Positions 36,436-45,377 of a stretch of DNA of 51,341 nucleotides are shown here, piece by piece. A model generated the notes under the pieces. The model did no database searches, was not told where the DNA came from, and saw only the letters and a program-made list of their open reading frames with translations. The translations under genes and the position numbers were made by a program. Location: contig JALOQK010000009.1 of NCBI GenBank assembly GCA_025453395.1, forward strand, positions 1 to 51,341. The letters are read 5' to 3'. Origin of the DNA: Candidatus Omnitrophota bacterium (GTDB lineage: Bacteria > Omnitrophota > Gorgyraeia > Gygaellales > Profunditerraquicolaceae). Each line of letters starts with the position of its first letter. The stretch's first letter is position 1.

Positions 36436-37610
36436 CCTCTCCAGATTAAAAATGCCCCCAACGCCAAAAACAAAAACGCCATCAATAACTTTACCACAGC
36501 GAAATTTTTCTTAAAGGTTAACGCAAATTTCTCTGAAGACACCCCCAGAAGCGCAAAACCAAAGACTACCAACAAGGGAAGTATAAACATAAGATTATAT
36601 AACAGAAGATATAAAAACGCCTGCATTTTAAATTCAGTGGTTTTCAAAACAAAACTGATAGTAGGAAGATACACCTGGCCCGTACAAACTGCTTCCAGAA
36701 GTGAAACAATAATCCCCGTAGTAAAAGCTGCGGCGATAAGTTTAAACATGCTCTTTGAAACAGCCTGATCATTTTTCCTGCGATAGGCGTTTCCTATGAC
36801 TTTATGAATTCTATTCTTGACGCTATCGGGCAGCTTCAAAAATGATTCTTGCGCATCCTTACTCTTTAAATAGCGCATCCAGTCTGCAAATGCCAATAAA
36901 CCCAAAATAACGCTTAAAAACCCGATAGCAAGGTTAGCGGCCTTTATAACAAGCCAGAAACCTTTAAGGCTGTAGAGAAAACCAAAGACCCCAACGCCTA
37001 AAAGTATGTAGGTTAAGAAAACCGCCGCGATAAAACCCATGCCGATAATAAAAAGTTCTCTCTTGCGGTAACCTTGAAGGACAAGAAAAGAAATAAAGAA
37101 TATAATTACACTGAAAGCGCAGGGGTTTATCCCGTCAATAAGCCCGGCCCCCACAATTGCCAAAGGATAGATACTTTTAAAGTTTTCAATTAAATCTACC
37201 GCCGGCAGATTAAATAAACCTGAAGGCCGGGATTTTACAAGCGCGCCATTTAAGAAAGCAAATATTTCTTTCTTAATATCGGAATCTCCGGTTAAGAATT
37301 CTCCGGAGATAAATAATACCGGGAGGTTTATCCTAAGTTCGGGCTTAAATTGCTTCTTTAACGAAAGAAGCAGCCTGTAATTATCAATATTGCCTACATC
37401 CAAATACTGGATAGCGATCTTGCCTTTAAAATCTTTCTCCACCTGCGGCATGACCTGCTGTTTAACAAAAACGCAATGTTTACAAGACGGAGAATGAAAA
37501 ACCATCAGTACCGGTTTTTCCGTTAAGCCTTGGGCACAAGTACTCCCGGATGCGCCCAATAAAAAAAATAGCCCTATAATATAAGGCATAAGATATTTTC
37601 TGATCATCAT
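36432..37610 (-). CDS. thioredoxin-like domain fused to a CcdA/DsbD-type membrane thiol-disulfide transporter
   Basis: Signal peptide, CKHC redox motif, then a multi-TM region with GINPCAF and a second membrane Cys (EAVCTGQ). Confidence 0.7.
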   Translation of the reverse strand: MMIRKYLMPYIIGLFFLLGASGSTCAQGLTEKPVLMVFHSPSCKHCVFVKQQVMPQVEKDFKGKIAIQYLDVGNIDNYRLLLSLKKQFKPELRINLPVLFISGEFLTGDSDIKKEIFAFLNGALVKSRPSGLFNLPAVDLIENFKSIYPLAIVGAGLIDGINPCAFSVIIFFISFLVLQGYRKRELFIIGMGFIAAVFLTYILLGVGVFGFLYSLKGFWLVIKAANLAIGFLSVILGLLAFADWMRYLKSKDAQESFLKLPDSVKNRIHKVIGNAYRRKNDQAVSKSMFKLIAAAFTTGIIVSLLEAVCTGQVYLPTISFVLKTTEFKMQAFLYLLLYNLMFILPLLVVFGFALLGVSSEKFALTFKKNFAVVKLLMAFLFLALGAFLIWRG

Positions 37611-37614
37611 ATTT

Positions 37615-38100
37615 TTATTTTGGAAATTGCTTCTCCATCGCGGTAATAATCTTTACCACTTCCTGGCAGGACTTGGCTTTCTTCAGCGATTCAACAGTGA
37701 ATTTATCTTTAACAAGGCGCGATATCTCGGAAAGAAGCTTTAAATGCACCCCCACGTCTTGCTGCGGAGAAGCAAGCGAGAAAAAAAGATATGTCTTTTC
37801 TCCATCTAGCGCCCCAAAATCTATGCCTTCGCTACAGCGGGCAAAAACCAAAACAAAACCCTTTACCACCTTTGATTTGGCATGCGGTATAGCTACGCCC
37901 TGCCCTAAACCTGTAGACCCGAGTTTCTCCCGGTCATGAATAGCTTTGCTAAAGGCCTTTTTGTCAGAAAGCTTCTTTGACTTGGCGATTAAATCCACCA
38001 ACTCAAGCAAAACGCTTTTCTTATCTTTAGATTGAAGCTCAAGAATGATCAGGCTACTCTTCAATAAATTTGATACTAAAATATTATTCTTCTGGCTCAT
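37615..38100 (-). CDS. ptsN: PTS EIIA (PtsN/fructose-type) regulatory protein
   Basis: EIIA-2 fold pattern with the phosphorylatable His in GVAIPHAK. Confidence 0.8.
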   Translation of the reverse strand: MSQKNNILVSNLLKSSLIILELQSKDKKSVLLELVDLIAKSKKLSDKKAFSKAIHDREKLGSTGLGQGVAIPHAKSKVVKGFVLVFARCSEGIDFGALDGEKTYLFFSLASPQQDVGVHLKLLSEISRLVKDKFTVESLKKAKSCQEVVKIITAMEKQFPK

Positions 38101-38108
38101 TTTTTGTT

Positions 38109-38138
38109 ATTGTACCCCCAAACAGGCGGGTTTGTCAA
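38109..38138 (-). promoter_or_regulatory. candidate ptsN promoter: TTGACA-18-TACAAT, ATG 9 nt downstream
   Basis: Minus-strand hexamers at 38138-38133 and 38114-38109. The ATG is at 38100 and no Shine-Dalgarno is present. Confidence 0.5.
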
Positions 38139-38144
38139 GGCCTA

Positions 38145-38471
38145 TCAAACAACCTGGGCGATCTTTACTGTTGTATGCTCTCCATCTTGCCATGGCCAGA
38201 GCATAGCAAAGATAGGAAAATCACTTTTACGGCTAAAATAAAGGGTTTGGCCGGGCATGATCCCGCCATATCCCTGGATCATCCTCTCAACAACCAAAGG
38301 CAGATGCTCGTTTGATGGCCAGACAGGCATGCCAAAAAGATTTTGCAGCCGGCCGACTACATCATTAAGCTTTTCTTTTACCACAACTGCTTCAAACAGA
38401 TTATCGCAATCGCAACGCAAACAATCCAGATTAACGCACTTGATTTCTTCTCTTATTTTCTGAAATTCCAT
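38145..38471 (-). CDS. hypothetical protein with an N-terminal Cys cluster
   Basis: ORF with GGGAGG upstream and a CVNLDCLRCDC cluster. No family recognised. Confidence 0.5.
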   Translation of the reverse strand: MEFQKIREEIKCVNLDCLRCDCDNLFEAVVVKEKLNDVVGRLQNLFGMPVWPSNEHLPLVVERMIQGYGGIMPGQTLYFSRKSDFPIFAMLWPWQDGEHTTVKIAQVV

Positions 38472-38621
38472 GGTTGCCTCCCTGATATTCCCTTTTATAG
38501 TATAGCATATCTTCTACATATTATCAATAATCTGTAATATATGTAGAAATAATCTACGAACAAAATATATGCATAACAAACTACATTATTGGCTGATTAT
38601 CATATTTAAGTAGAATTTATC

Positions 38622-38650
38622 TTGACAAGAGAAAAATCGCTAATTAAAAT
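38622..38650 (+). promoter_or_regulatory. promoter of the XRE-cupin regulator: TTGACA-17-TAAAAT
   Basis: Hexamers at 38622-38627 and 38645-38650. AAGGGGG lies before the ATG at 38670. Confidence 0.55.
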
Positions 38651-38669
38651 ATAAAATAAGGGGGCAAAA

Positions 38670-39251
38670 ATGGCAGAAGCCTTAAAAGAAAAACTGAAGA
38701 AATTGCGCCAAGAAAAGAAAATATCCCGCCAACAGCTTTATGAAAAACTAAAAGCCATCTTCGCGGATAAAGCCATTAAGCCTAACAGTATCTGGAGGAT
38801 AGAGCAAGGGCTTACCCGAGCCAGGATCTCCTCCCTTGAGCAACTCTGCGTGGGATTAGGGGTAAGCTTAAAAGACATCCTTCCTCCATTAAGCCAAGAA
38901 ACTAAATTAGCCCAGATCATCCGCAAGAAAGAACGCATAAACCGCTATAATTACAATAAAAATTCCCGCATTGATATGATAAGTTCCGATACTCTTGATT
39001 TCTTATGCCAAGAACTTACGCTCTCCAAGAAAGAATCAACCCCTGCCGAAGAAGACCCTCTGCAGTTAGGCAGATTTTTTAAATGGGTGTACTGCCTAAG
39101 AGGAAAAATAACCTGCGCGGTGGGGGCGGAAAAACATAATCTTGCAAAAGGGGACTGCCTGTCTTTTGAAAGCAATATCAAACATTATTTCCAGAACAAT
39201 TCCGATAAAACAAGCATGCTTCTTATTGTTCAATACCCCAAACATATCTAA
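38670..39251 (+). CDS. XRE-family HTH regulator with C-terminal cupin domain
   Basis: N-terminal HTH_3-like segment (ISRQQLYEKL..IWRIEQG) and a C-terminal cupin-like beta barrel. Has its own promoter and a GGGGG Shine-Dalgarno. Confidence 0.8.
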   Translation: MAEALKEKLKKLRQEKKISRQQLYEKLKAIFADKAIKPNSIWRIEQGLTRARISSLEQLCVGLGVSLKDILPPLSQETKLAQIIRKKERINRYNYNKNSRIDMISSDTLDFLCQELTLSKKESTPAEEDPLQLGRFFKWVYCLRGKITCAVGAEKHNLAKGDCLSFESNIKHYFQNNSDKTSMLLIVQYPKHI

Positions 39252-39255
39252 AGGC

Positions 39256-39621
39256 TTAAACTGAAAGTATCTTTTTTACCGCCTGGAAAACAACATCCAT
39301 GCTGGCGGGCTTGGTGATATAATCAATTGCTCCCACTTCCAATGCTTCCGCTGCCACTGACTGGCTATCCCATGCGCTTATAATAAGCACTTTCACAGAA
39401 GGGTAATTCGCCCGGGCAGCCTTTAAAACATCTATCCCTGATATCCCGGCCATTTTAATATCCAAAACCATTAAATCAAAATTTTCTTTATCTAATATCT
39501 CCAAGGCATCTCTTCCGTTTGAAGATTTCCTGATTTCGCATTCAATATGGCGCGATAAAAAATTACCTAAGTTATCCCTTGCCTCCTGTTCATCATCCAC
39601 GATAAGTATTCTCTTGGGCAT
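39256..39621 (-). CDS. single-domain response regulator (CheY-like receiver)
   Basis: DD pair (IVDDE), phosphoacceptor in MVLDIKM, S in IISAW and K in ITKP. Confidence 0.85.
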   Translation of the reverse strand: MPKRILIVDDEQEARDNLGNFLSRHIECEIRKSSNGRDALEILDKENFDLMVLDIKMAGISGIDVLKAARANYPSVKVLIISAWDSQSVAAEALEVGAIDYITKPASMDVVFQAVKKILSV

Positions 39622-39624
39622 ATA

Positions 39625-40185
39625 TTACCTGCCTCCTGCCACCGGAGCGGTCATTACTGGCTTTATGATTGAAGCTAGACTTTTCTCTAAATAATCTATA
39701 TATTTCTTCGCCTCTGGGAGGATACTGGCATAGGAAATGATAAGTTGTTGCTGCAGGTTTATATACACAACAAGCGCCTCGGAATAACGGGATTGCTGAA
39801 CAATAGACGCCTCCAGAGACTGTGCCTGCGAGGCCTTATCAACTTCCTGCCGTAAATATTCTTTGACCCTGGCCTGCTGGCTGATCTTAGAATATAATTC
39901 CTGGAATTGTGCGTTATAATTATTCATCAAACCGGAAAATAAAGCGCTTTTTTGGGAGAGGTCATTAGCTTGAAGCGAAAGATCCGGAACAACCCTCTGA
40001 GTCTTCTCTATTACTTTATATTCTACGCGCTCAGGCCCGGGTACCGGAACATTAACAAAAATTTTTTCCGGTTCCTGCGCCTTAGAGGTTTTATGTATAA
40101 TCACAGTTTCTCTTGAATCTGCAATATAATACCCCAGGCCAAATCCTATCAAGATACCAAAGACCAAGAAAATAAATTTACCCAT
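39625..40185 (-). CDS. hypothetical membrane-anchored coiled-coil protein
   Basis: One N-terminal TM helix and a Q-rich helical remainder. Tightly packed in the operon. Confidence 0.5.
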   Translation of the reverse strand: MGKFIFLVFGILIGFGLGYYIADSRETVIIHKTSKAQEPEKIFVNVPVPGPERVEYKVIEKTQRVVPDLSLQANDLSQKSALFSGLMNNYNAQFQELYSKISQQARVKEYLRQEVDKASQAQSLEASIVQQSRYSEALVVYINLQQQLIISYASILPEAKKYIDYLEKSLASIIKPVMTAPVAGGR

Positions 40186-40186
40186 T

Positions 40187-40864
40187 TTATTTAAGACCTA
40201 AACGCTTTTTATTATTTAGATACCCTTCTTCGCCAAGGATACTTTTTGCCATCAGGTCCTTATCTTGGCCATTATCAAAATCATATTCAATAACAGCCGC
40301 TATCTGGATTATTAATGGAAGCGGCTGCTCTAACATTTGAGGGGACTGGATAGACATATCGTCAATGAAATTAACATACATTGCCGGGGCGTTTTTAATC
40401 TTTACATTCTTTTCGCTGTATTCGGTAATAAAATAATAGACCAGAAGCTCCTTTACCTTTTGGTCAAGTATTTTAGCCCATTTTTGGCTTGAAGAACGCA
40501 TGGAATTTACTAAAAGGTAGAAATCTTCGCTGGGTTTCTGCTCTTGAGGAACAATAACTTGGCTTGATTGGGCATCAGCGGGAAACTGGGAGATCCCCAC
40601 AGAAGAAGCCGCTGGAGCCTGGCTTGCCCCGGGAGGATTTTGATTTATATTAGGAGTTGGCTGAATTACTGTCCCGCCTGCGGGAACACCGGGGACACTT
40701 CTGGATACTTCAGAAGGCTGGCCCTGCACCTGTATTTCTTCCTGAATAACTACTTTGCGTTTTTGCGGGATAGCAGCTGCCGCAAAGGCCGATTGGCTAG
40801 CAAAAAACAATAAAACAAGCACCCTGATAAAACAAAACAACGCGCCCTCTTTCTTTAAATACAA
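40187..40864 (-). CDS. hypothetical secreted protein with a P/Q/S-rich linker and a C-terminal globular domain
   Basis: Signal peptide ending SAFAAAA, a low-complexity linker and a ~115-aa C-terminal domain of unknown family. Confidence 0.5.
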   Translation of the reverse strand: MYLKKEGALFCFIRVLVLLFFASQSAFAAAAIPQKRKVVIQEEIQVQGQPSEVSRSVPGVPAGGTVIQPTPNINQNPPGASQAPAASSVGISQFPADAQSSQVIVPQEQKPSEDFYLLVNSMRSSSQKWAKILDQKVKELLVYYFITEYSEKNVKIKNAPAMYVNFIDDMSIQSPQMLEQPLPLIIQIAAVIEYDFDNGQDKDLMAKSILGEEGYLNNKKRLGLK

Positions 40865-41304
40865 TAATTCACGATATCGGTTGCCCCAATAATCCCGACT
40901 ACTTTATGGTTCTTTACTACAGGAATGGTATGAATATTATACCGGCACATCATAGCTAAAACCTCATCTACTGAATCATCTTCCTCTACGGTGTGGACAA
41001 CCTTAGTCATCTTAGCGCCGACTACGGCCTTATCTTTTTCTTTTAATAAAGCATCTTTGATATCTACACCCAATACGCCTGCCTGCGAATTATCACGAGC
41101 GCCGATCTCATCCCAAAAACATATATGCTTTAACATCCTCAACAGATCCGTCATGGTGATAACTCCGATCAAGGTGCCATCTATTTCATCCACCACCGGA
41201 GCGCCGTTTATTCTATTTGAATTTATTACTTTGGCTAATTCCTTAAGGGTTGTCTTTTGAGTAACGGTAATAACATCTCTTGTCATGATCTCTTTTACTA
41301 ACAT
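40855..41304 (-). CDS. CBS-pair domain protein
   Basis: Two CBS motifs (MTRDVITV..., HTIPVVKNHKVVGIIGATDI). Stand-alone, 149 aa. Confidence 0.85.
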   Translation of the reverse strand: MLVKEIMTRDVITVTQKTTLKELAKVINSNRINGAPVVDEIDGTLIGVITMTDLLRMLKHICFWDEIGARDNSQAGVLGVDIKDALLKEKDKAVVGAKMTKVVHTVEEDDSVDEVLAMMCRYNIHTIPVVKNHKVVGIIGATDIVNYCI

Positions 41305-41369
41305 GGTTTTCTCCCTTTTGTTATCTTAACTATATTTTATACCACGCAAACAGGCACTTTACAACAATA

Positions 41370-41744
41370 TTAATTCCCAGTCACCAGCCAGTTATCAAGC
41401 TTGTTATCCTTATTAAAAATAAGCTTAACCTGCGGCCCATTAAAATAAATATCAGGATGGTGGTAAATAAAAACCTCTCCCCCGTCGAGAAAAGACCTTC
41501 TCACTAAAAGCGGCTGTTTATACAAATACAGGATCTCTTCTTTAGGCTGCCCCTTATGTATGTTGCTTTTTCTTGCGTCATTAAAAAGCTTCTGGAAAAG
41601 CTTTTTTTGCTCATAAAGATCCCTTGCTAATTGGTTTTGGGAAGAAGAAAATTGCGCCATCCCGGAAAACTGCGAGTAGTTCCCGGCTACAGAACATCCG
41701 CATAACAATAAGACTAAAGTTACTAACATTAATATTGCGCGCAT
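41370..41744 (-). CDS. lipoprotein, possibly BamE/SmpA-OmlA-like
   Basis: Lipobox LLLCGC. The C-terminal half loosely resembles the SmpA/OmlA fold pattern. The family assignment is tentative. Confidence 0.55.
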   Translation of the reverse strand: MRAILMLVTLVLLLCGCSVAGNYSQFSGMAQFSSSQNQLARDLYEQKKLFQKLFNDARKSNIHKGQPKEEILYLYKQPLLVRRSFLDGGEVFIYHHPDIYFNGPQVKLIFNKDNKLDNWLVTGN

Positions 41745-41790
41745 GCATATATTTTACTTTAAAAAATACTTCCAGCAAATATATTTTTTC

Positions 41791-41799
41791 TGATATAAT
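41791..41799 (+). promoter_or_regulatory. extended -10 (TGATATAAT) with ATG 7 nt downstream (leaderless DJ-1 gene)
   Basis: TGnTATAAT at 41791-41799. The ATG is at 41806. There is no Shine-Dalgarno, and the -35 (TTCCAG) is weak. Confidence 0.45.
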
Positions 41800-41805
41800 G
41801 ATTTT

Positions 41806-42354
41806 ATGGGAAAGAAAGCATTGATAATTTTAGCTGACGGCTTTGAAGAAATAGAAGCGGTAAGCTGTATAGATATTTTGCGCAGATCCGGCGCAGAGGT
41901 AGTTGTAGCAGGTTTGCGCAATAAAGAAGTAAAAGCTTCCCGGGGGCTGGTAGTTGTTGCAGATACCACGCTTGATAAAGCAGGTAATTTATTTGACGCT
42001 TTGATACTGCCCGGGGGAAGCCTGGGAGCCAAGAATCTTTCTTCTTCAGAACGAGTAAAAAACCTCATACTCGAAGCGGCAGCTAAAAATAAAGTCATTG
42101 CCGCTATCTGCGCCTCCCCGGCGATAGTATTAGCCCCCTTGGGAATATTAAGAAATAGATCTGCCACTTGTTATCCGGGAATGGAGAATTATTTTGAGAA
42201 AAGCACTTCTTTTAAAAACGAACCCGTAGTTATTGATGGGAATATTATTACTTCTCGGGGCGCTGGGACAGCTTTTTTATTTGCGCTTGCAATAGCAGAA
42301 AAGATGGGCTCTCCTGAGAAAAGAAAACAGATAGAAAAAGATACCGCGCTATAG
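41806..42354 (+). CDS. DJ-1/PfpI-family protein
   Basis: Nucleophile-elbow AICASP and the conserved overall DJ-1/ThiJ pattern. Confidence 0.85.
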   Translation: MGKKALIILADGFEEIEAVSCIDILRRSGAEVVVAGLRNKEVKASRGLVVVADTTLDKAGNLFDALILPGGSLGAKNLSSSERVKNLILEAAAKNKVIAAICASPAIVLAPLGILRNRSATCYPGMENYFEKSTSFKNEPVVIDGNIITSRGAGTAFLFALAIAEKMGSPEKRKQIEKDTAL

Positions 42355-42365
42355 AACTTTTCCTG

Positions 42366-43337
42366 CTAGATCCAATTCTTACGCTTGAAATAACGCAACA
42401 TAACCGCCGCTATAGAAATCATAAGGATTATAACAAAAGGATAGCCGAATTTGCTGGAAAGTTCGGGCATGTATTTAAAATTCATCCCATAAAAACTGGC
42501 AATCAAAGTAAGAGGCATCATAATAGTAGCAATAACCGTAAGCGTCTTCATGATCTCATTTAAGCGGTTTGAAATTACCGATACATACGCTTCCATAGCG
42601 CCTGTAACAATATCGCGGGAGGTGCCCACGATATCATTAAGCCTGACCATATTATCATGCACATTGCGGAAATAAATCGTATTGTTAGCGCAGATCAAAG
42701 GAAAATCGCCTCTAGCCATAAGCGCCATCAGATCCGCCTGCGGCCCGATAGTGCGGCGCAAATACATAATGGAATTCTTAAGATTATAGATTTTATGAAG
42801 CGTGCTATTGGAAGGGTCGCGGAAAAGCTCATCGCTCATCTCATCAACCATATTATCAAATTCATTAATAATAGGAAAATAGCTGTCCACGACCGAATCC
42901 ACAAGCGAATAGAGCAGAAAATCCGCGCCGTGCATTATAATCGGAGACTGCTTCTTGATCCTTTCTTTGCTGACAGACAAGGGGCTGATGATATTATTGT
43001 GCGCGGTAATCAGGAAATTCTTTCCTAAACAAAAATCTATTTCCGCAGTGTTAACTTTTCCTTTGTCCTTATCATGAGAATCCATGGAAAGCATGATCAT
43101 AAAAAGGTAATCGCGGAAATTCTCAATCTTGGGCCGGGCGTTGACCATGATAAAATCTTCTATGGTCAACGAGTGCAGGCTAAAGACATCGGTTAGAATA
43201 TCAATATCAATATCGTCGATATCATTCATATCCACCCACAAAAGTCCTGATTCTTCTTTTAACACCTGGCGCATCTGTTCAGGGGCAAGCCCGGTCTGCA
43301 GGCCTGAATGGGAATGATAATAAAACGTTTCGTACAT
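42366..43337 (-). CDS. corA: magnesium/cobalt transporter CorA
   Basis: YGMNF signature before the last TM helix, plus two C-terminal TM helices. Confidence 0.88.
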   Translation of the reverse strand: MYETFYYHSHSGLQTGLAPEQMRQVLKEESGLLWVDMNDIDDIDIDILTDVFSLHSLTIEDFIMVNARPKIENFRDYLFMIMLSMDSHDKDKGKVNTAEIDFCLGKNFLITAHNNIISPLSVSKERIKKQSPIIMHGADFLLYSLVDSVVDSYFPIINEFDNMVDEMSDELFRDPSNSTLHKIYNLKNSIMYLRRTIGPQADLMALMARGDFPLICANNTIYFRNVHDNMVRLNDIVGTSRDIVTGAMEAYVSVISNRLNEIMKTLTVIATIMMPLTLIASFYGMNFKYMPELSSKFGYPFVIILMISIAAVMLRYFKRKNWI

Positions 43338-43381
43338 TATTAACCTCTTTTGTAAATCTATTCTTTTAAGACACCTTGATT

Positions 43382-43410
43382 ATTTTACTGTAAAAGAACT
43401 TACCAAGCAA
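43382..43410 (-). promoter_or_regulatory. candidate corA promoter: TTGCTT-17-TAAAAT with an overlapping palindrome
   Basis: Minus-strand hexamers at 43410-43405 and 43387-43382. TTTTAC-T-GTAAAA lies at 43383-43395. Confidence 0.45.
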
Positions 43411-43418
43411 CAGAATAA

Positions 43419-44096
43419 TCAGGAAACCTTCCCCTTGCCAGCACCAACCTCTAACCTCTTTTTTATATATTCAATAACCAAATCCACGCAGCCTAAAAGA
43501 AAAGCCGCCGCAATTAAGCTTACTATCCGCACATTAAGTTTTTCCTGCTCGTTTATAAACTCATCCTTCAAATGAAACACAATAACAAGCACAATAACCC
43601 AGATAAAAAGTTTATACTCCTGGCTTCTTATAAGCCGGCTGAAACTAAACGGCCATTTCTCGCCTTTTTTATAAGCACGCAACGCCGGGAAAAAAGCCGG
43701 GACATTCTTCTTATAATCAAGGTAATCTTCTTTAAACTTTTCCTGAAGCATCATTTCTTCTTTTCTGATTGTCCTGCGATATACCATCATAAATAAGAAT
43801 AAGAATAAAAACACAAGGTAAAAAACCTTAAGCATCACTAATACCCCTGTTAAAACAAGCGCTGACCCCAGATAAAGCGGATGCCTTATAAAAGCGTAAG
43901 GCCCGGAAGTAGTAAGCTTGTCCATTTTTATCGCATAGCCATTTGCCCAAACGCGCAGCAACAGCCCAGCGGAGATAAAACCAATACCGCGGATCAAAGA
44001 TTTATCATCGGGAACCGCAAAAATCAACAATAACGCCCCCAACGGATACATGATTAAAAACCTTAGTTTAAACCAGCGCTCCAATCTCTTAAGCAT
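43419..44096 (-). CDS. isoprenylcysteine carboxyl / phospholipid methyltransferase-family membrane protein
   Basis: Multi-TM protein with the FIRHPLYLGS motif typical of ICMT/PEMT-like enzymes. Confidence 0.7.
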   Translation of the reverse strand: MLKRLERWFKLRFLIMYPLGALLLIFAVPDDKSLIRGIGFISAGLLLRVWANGYAIKMDKLTTSGPYAFIRHPLYLGSALVLTGVLVMLKVFYLVFLFLFLFMMVYRRTIRKEEMMLQEKFKEDYLDYKKNVPAFFPALRAYKKGEKWPFSFSRLIRSQEYKLFIWVIVLVIVFHLKDEFINEQEKLNVRIVSLIAAAFLLGCVDLVIEYIKKRLEVGAGKGKVS

Positions 44097-44364
44097 AAAA
44101 ACTCCTTTAAGCTTTATTTTTCAGCTTCTTGCGCCTTTTTGATATTAAAACTACGGCTTAAGTAATTCTAAATTTTGTTTTACTAATACGAGGCCTATAA
44201 CCAATTGTATTGCCAAGACTAAAATCATCAAAATATTGAAGCCCAAAGAAAAATGCTATCTTTAACTTAGAGCTTAACAAAATCCATTCTTCCCCTATAC
44301 TTTTTAAAATACATTATCTAATTTTATCATCCTATCTAACAGGAACAAGTAATATTTACGCGCC

Positions 44365-44952
44365 TTACAGCTTTGCCTCTATTATACCGGCATTCTTGAT
44401 TTTATGCTTTAATAATTCACCCCTGAACATCTTCATCTGTTTTCCCGTAATACGCCTAAAATTATTGCGCATTAACCACAGGCAAGCGTTTATGAACTGT
44501 TCATGGGTAAAAACTACTATAAAGTTACCCTTAACCTTTTTTAACCTTTTTATTGCGCATCTGGCCCTGGAAATAAAATCATGAAAAGACTCTGCCCCAT
44601 ATCCATCACAATAAAATGGATCTGACTTTTTCCAATACTTTTTTGCTAAAGGCGTTCTTTGCGTAACATTGGTATTGCGGTATTTTTTCTCTGATAAATA
44701 GGTAAACTCATGCACATCCCATTGCTCACAAGGGACATTCTTAAATTTTACTCTTGTTTCTTGCGCTGTTTGTTTGGCGCGCAGGTATTTTGAGACTATG
44801 ATAAGAGACGGGGTTTCTTTAAAGTTTAAGGCTAACCCCTTAGCTTGCTTAAGCCCATTTTTAGTTAAGGGATTTTCCGACGGGGAGAAACCTTTCTTTC
44901 CGATATTGGCACAGCTTTCACCATGGCGGATAAACCAAATAGTCTTCTTCAC
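44365..44952 (-). CDS. histidine phosphatase superfamily protein
   Basis: RHGE catalytic motif (WFIRHGES) and a second His in FTHEQF. Confidence 0.75.
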   Translation of the reverse strand: MKKTIWFIRHGESCANIGKKGFSPSENPLTKNGLKQAKGLALNFKETPSLIIVSKYLRAKQTAQETRVKFKNVPCEQWDVHEFTYLSEKKYRNTNVTQRTPLAKKYWKKSDPFYCDGYGAESFHDFISRARCAIKRLKKVKGNFIVVFTHEQFINACLWLMRNNFRRITGKQMKMFRGELLKHKIKNAGIIEAKL

Positions 44953-45305
44953 TAAGATTGGGTTTTTACTTTATCTTTCTTTAAATGATTAATTCCTTTA
45001 ACTACCAGAAAAATACAGACAGCTACGATAAAAAAATCAATTACCGTATTTATAAATAACCCGTAATTAAGAGTAACTGCGGGAATTGAAGCAGCAGGCG
45101 GCGTATTAATAACCGCTTCCTTAAGTATTAATTTTAGGTTCTTAAAATCAACCCCTCCGAGCAATACTCCTATCGGAGGCATTATTACATCGCCTACCAA
45201 AGAAGTAACTATTTTACTAAACGAAGCTCCTATCACAATGCCTACCGCCATATCAACAGCATCGCCCTTGACTGCAAACTCTTTAAATTCTTTTATTATG
45301 GACAT
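44952..45305 (-). CDS. mscL: large-conductance mechanosensitive channel (copy 1)
   Basis: [24 protein letters not shown]1 signature. 117 aa. AAGGAGG upstream. Confidence 0.9.
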   Translation of the reverse strand: MSIIKEFKEFAVKGDAVDMAVGIVIGASFSKIVTSLVGDVIMPPIGVLLGGVDFKNLKLILKEAVINTPPAASIPAVTLNYGLFINTVIDFFIVAVCIFLVVKGINHLKKDKVKTQS

Positions 45306-45377
45306 AAATGCCTCCTTTTTCTTATTTTACCACGCCCCAACACAAAGGCAATTGATAAAAATCAATCTTCCATTACA

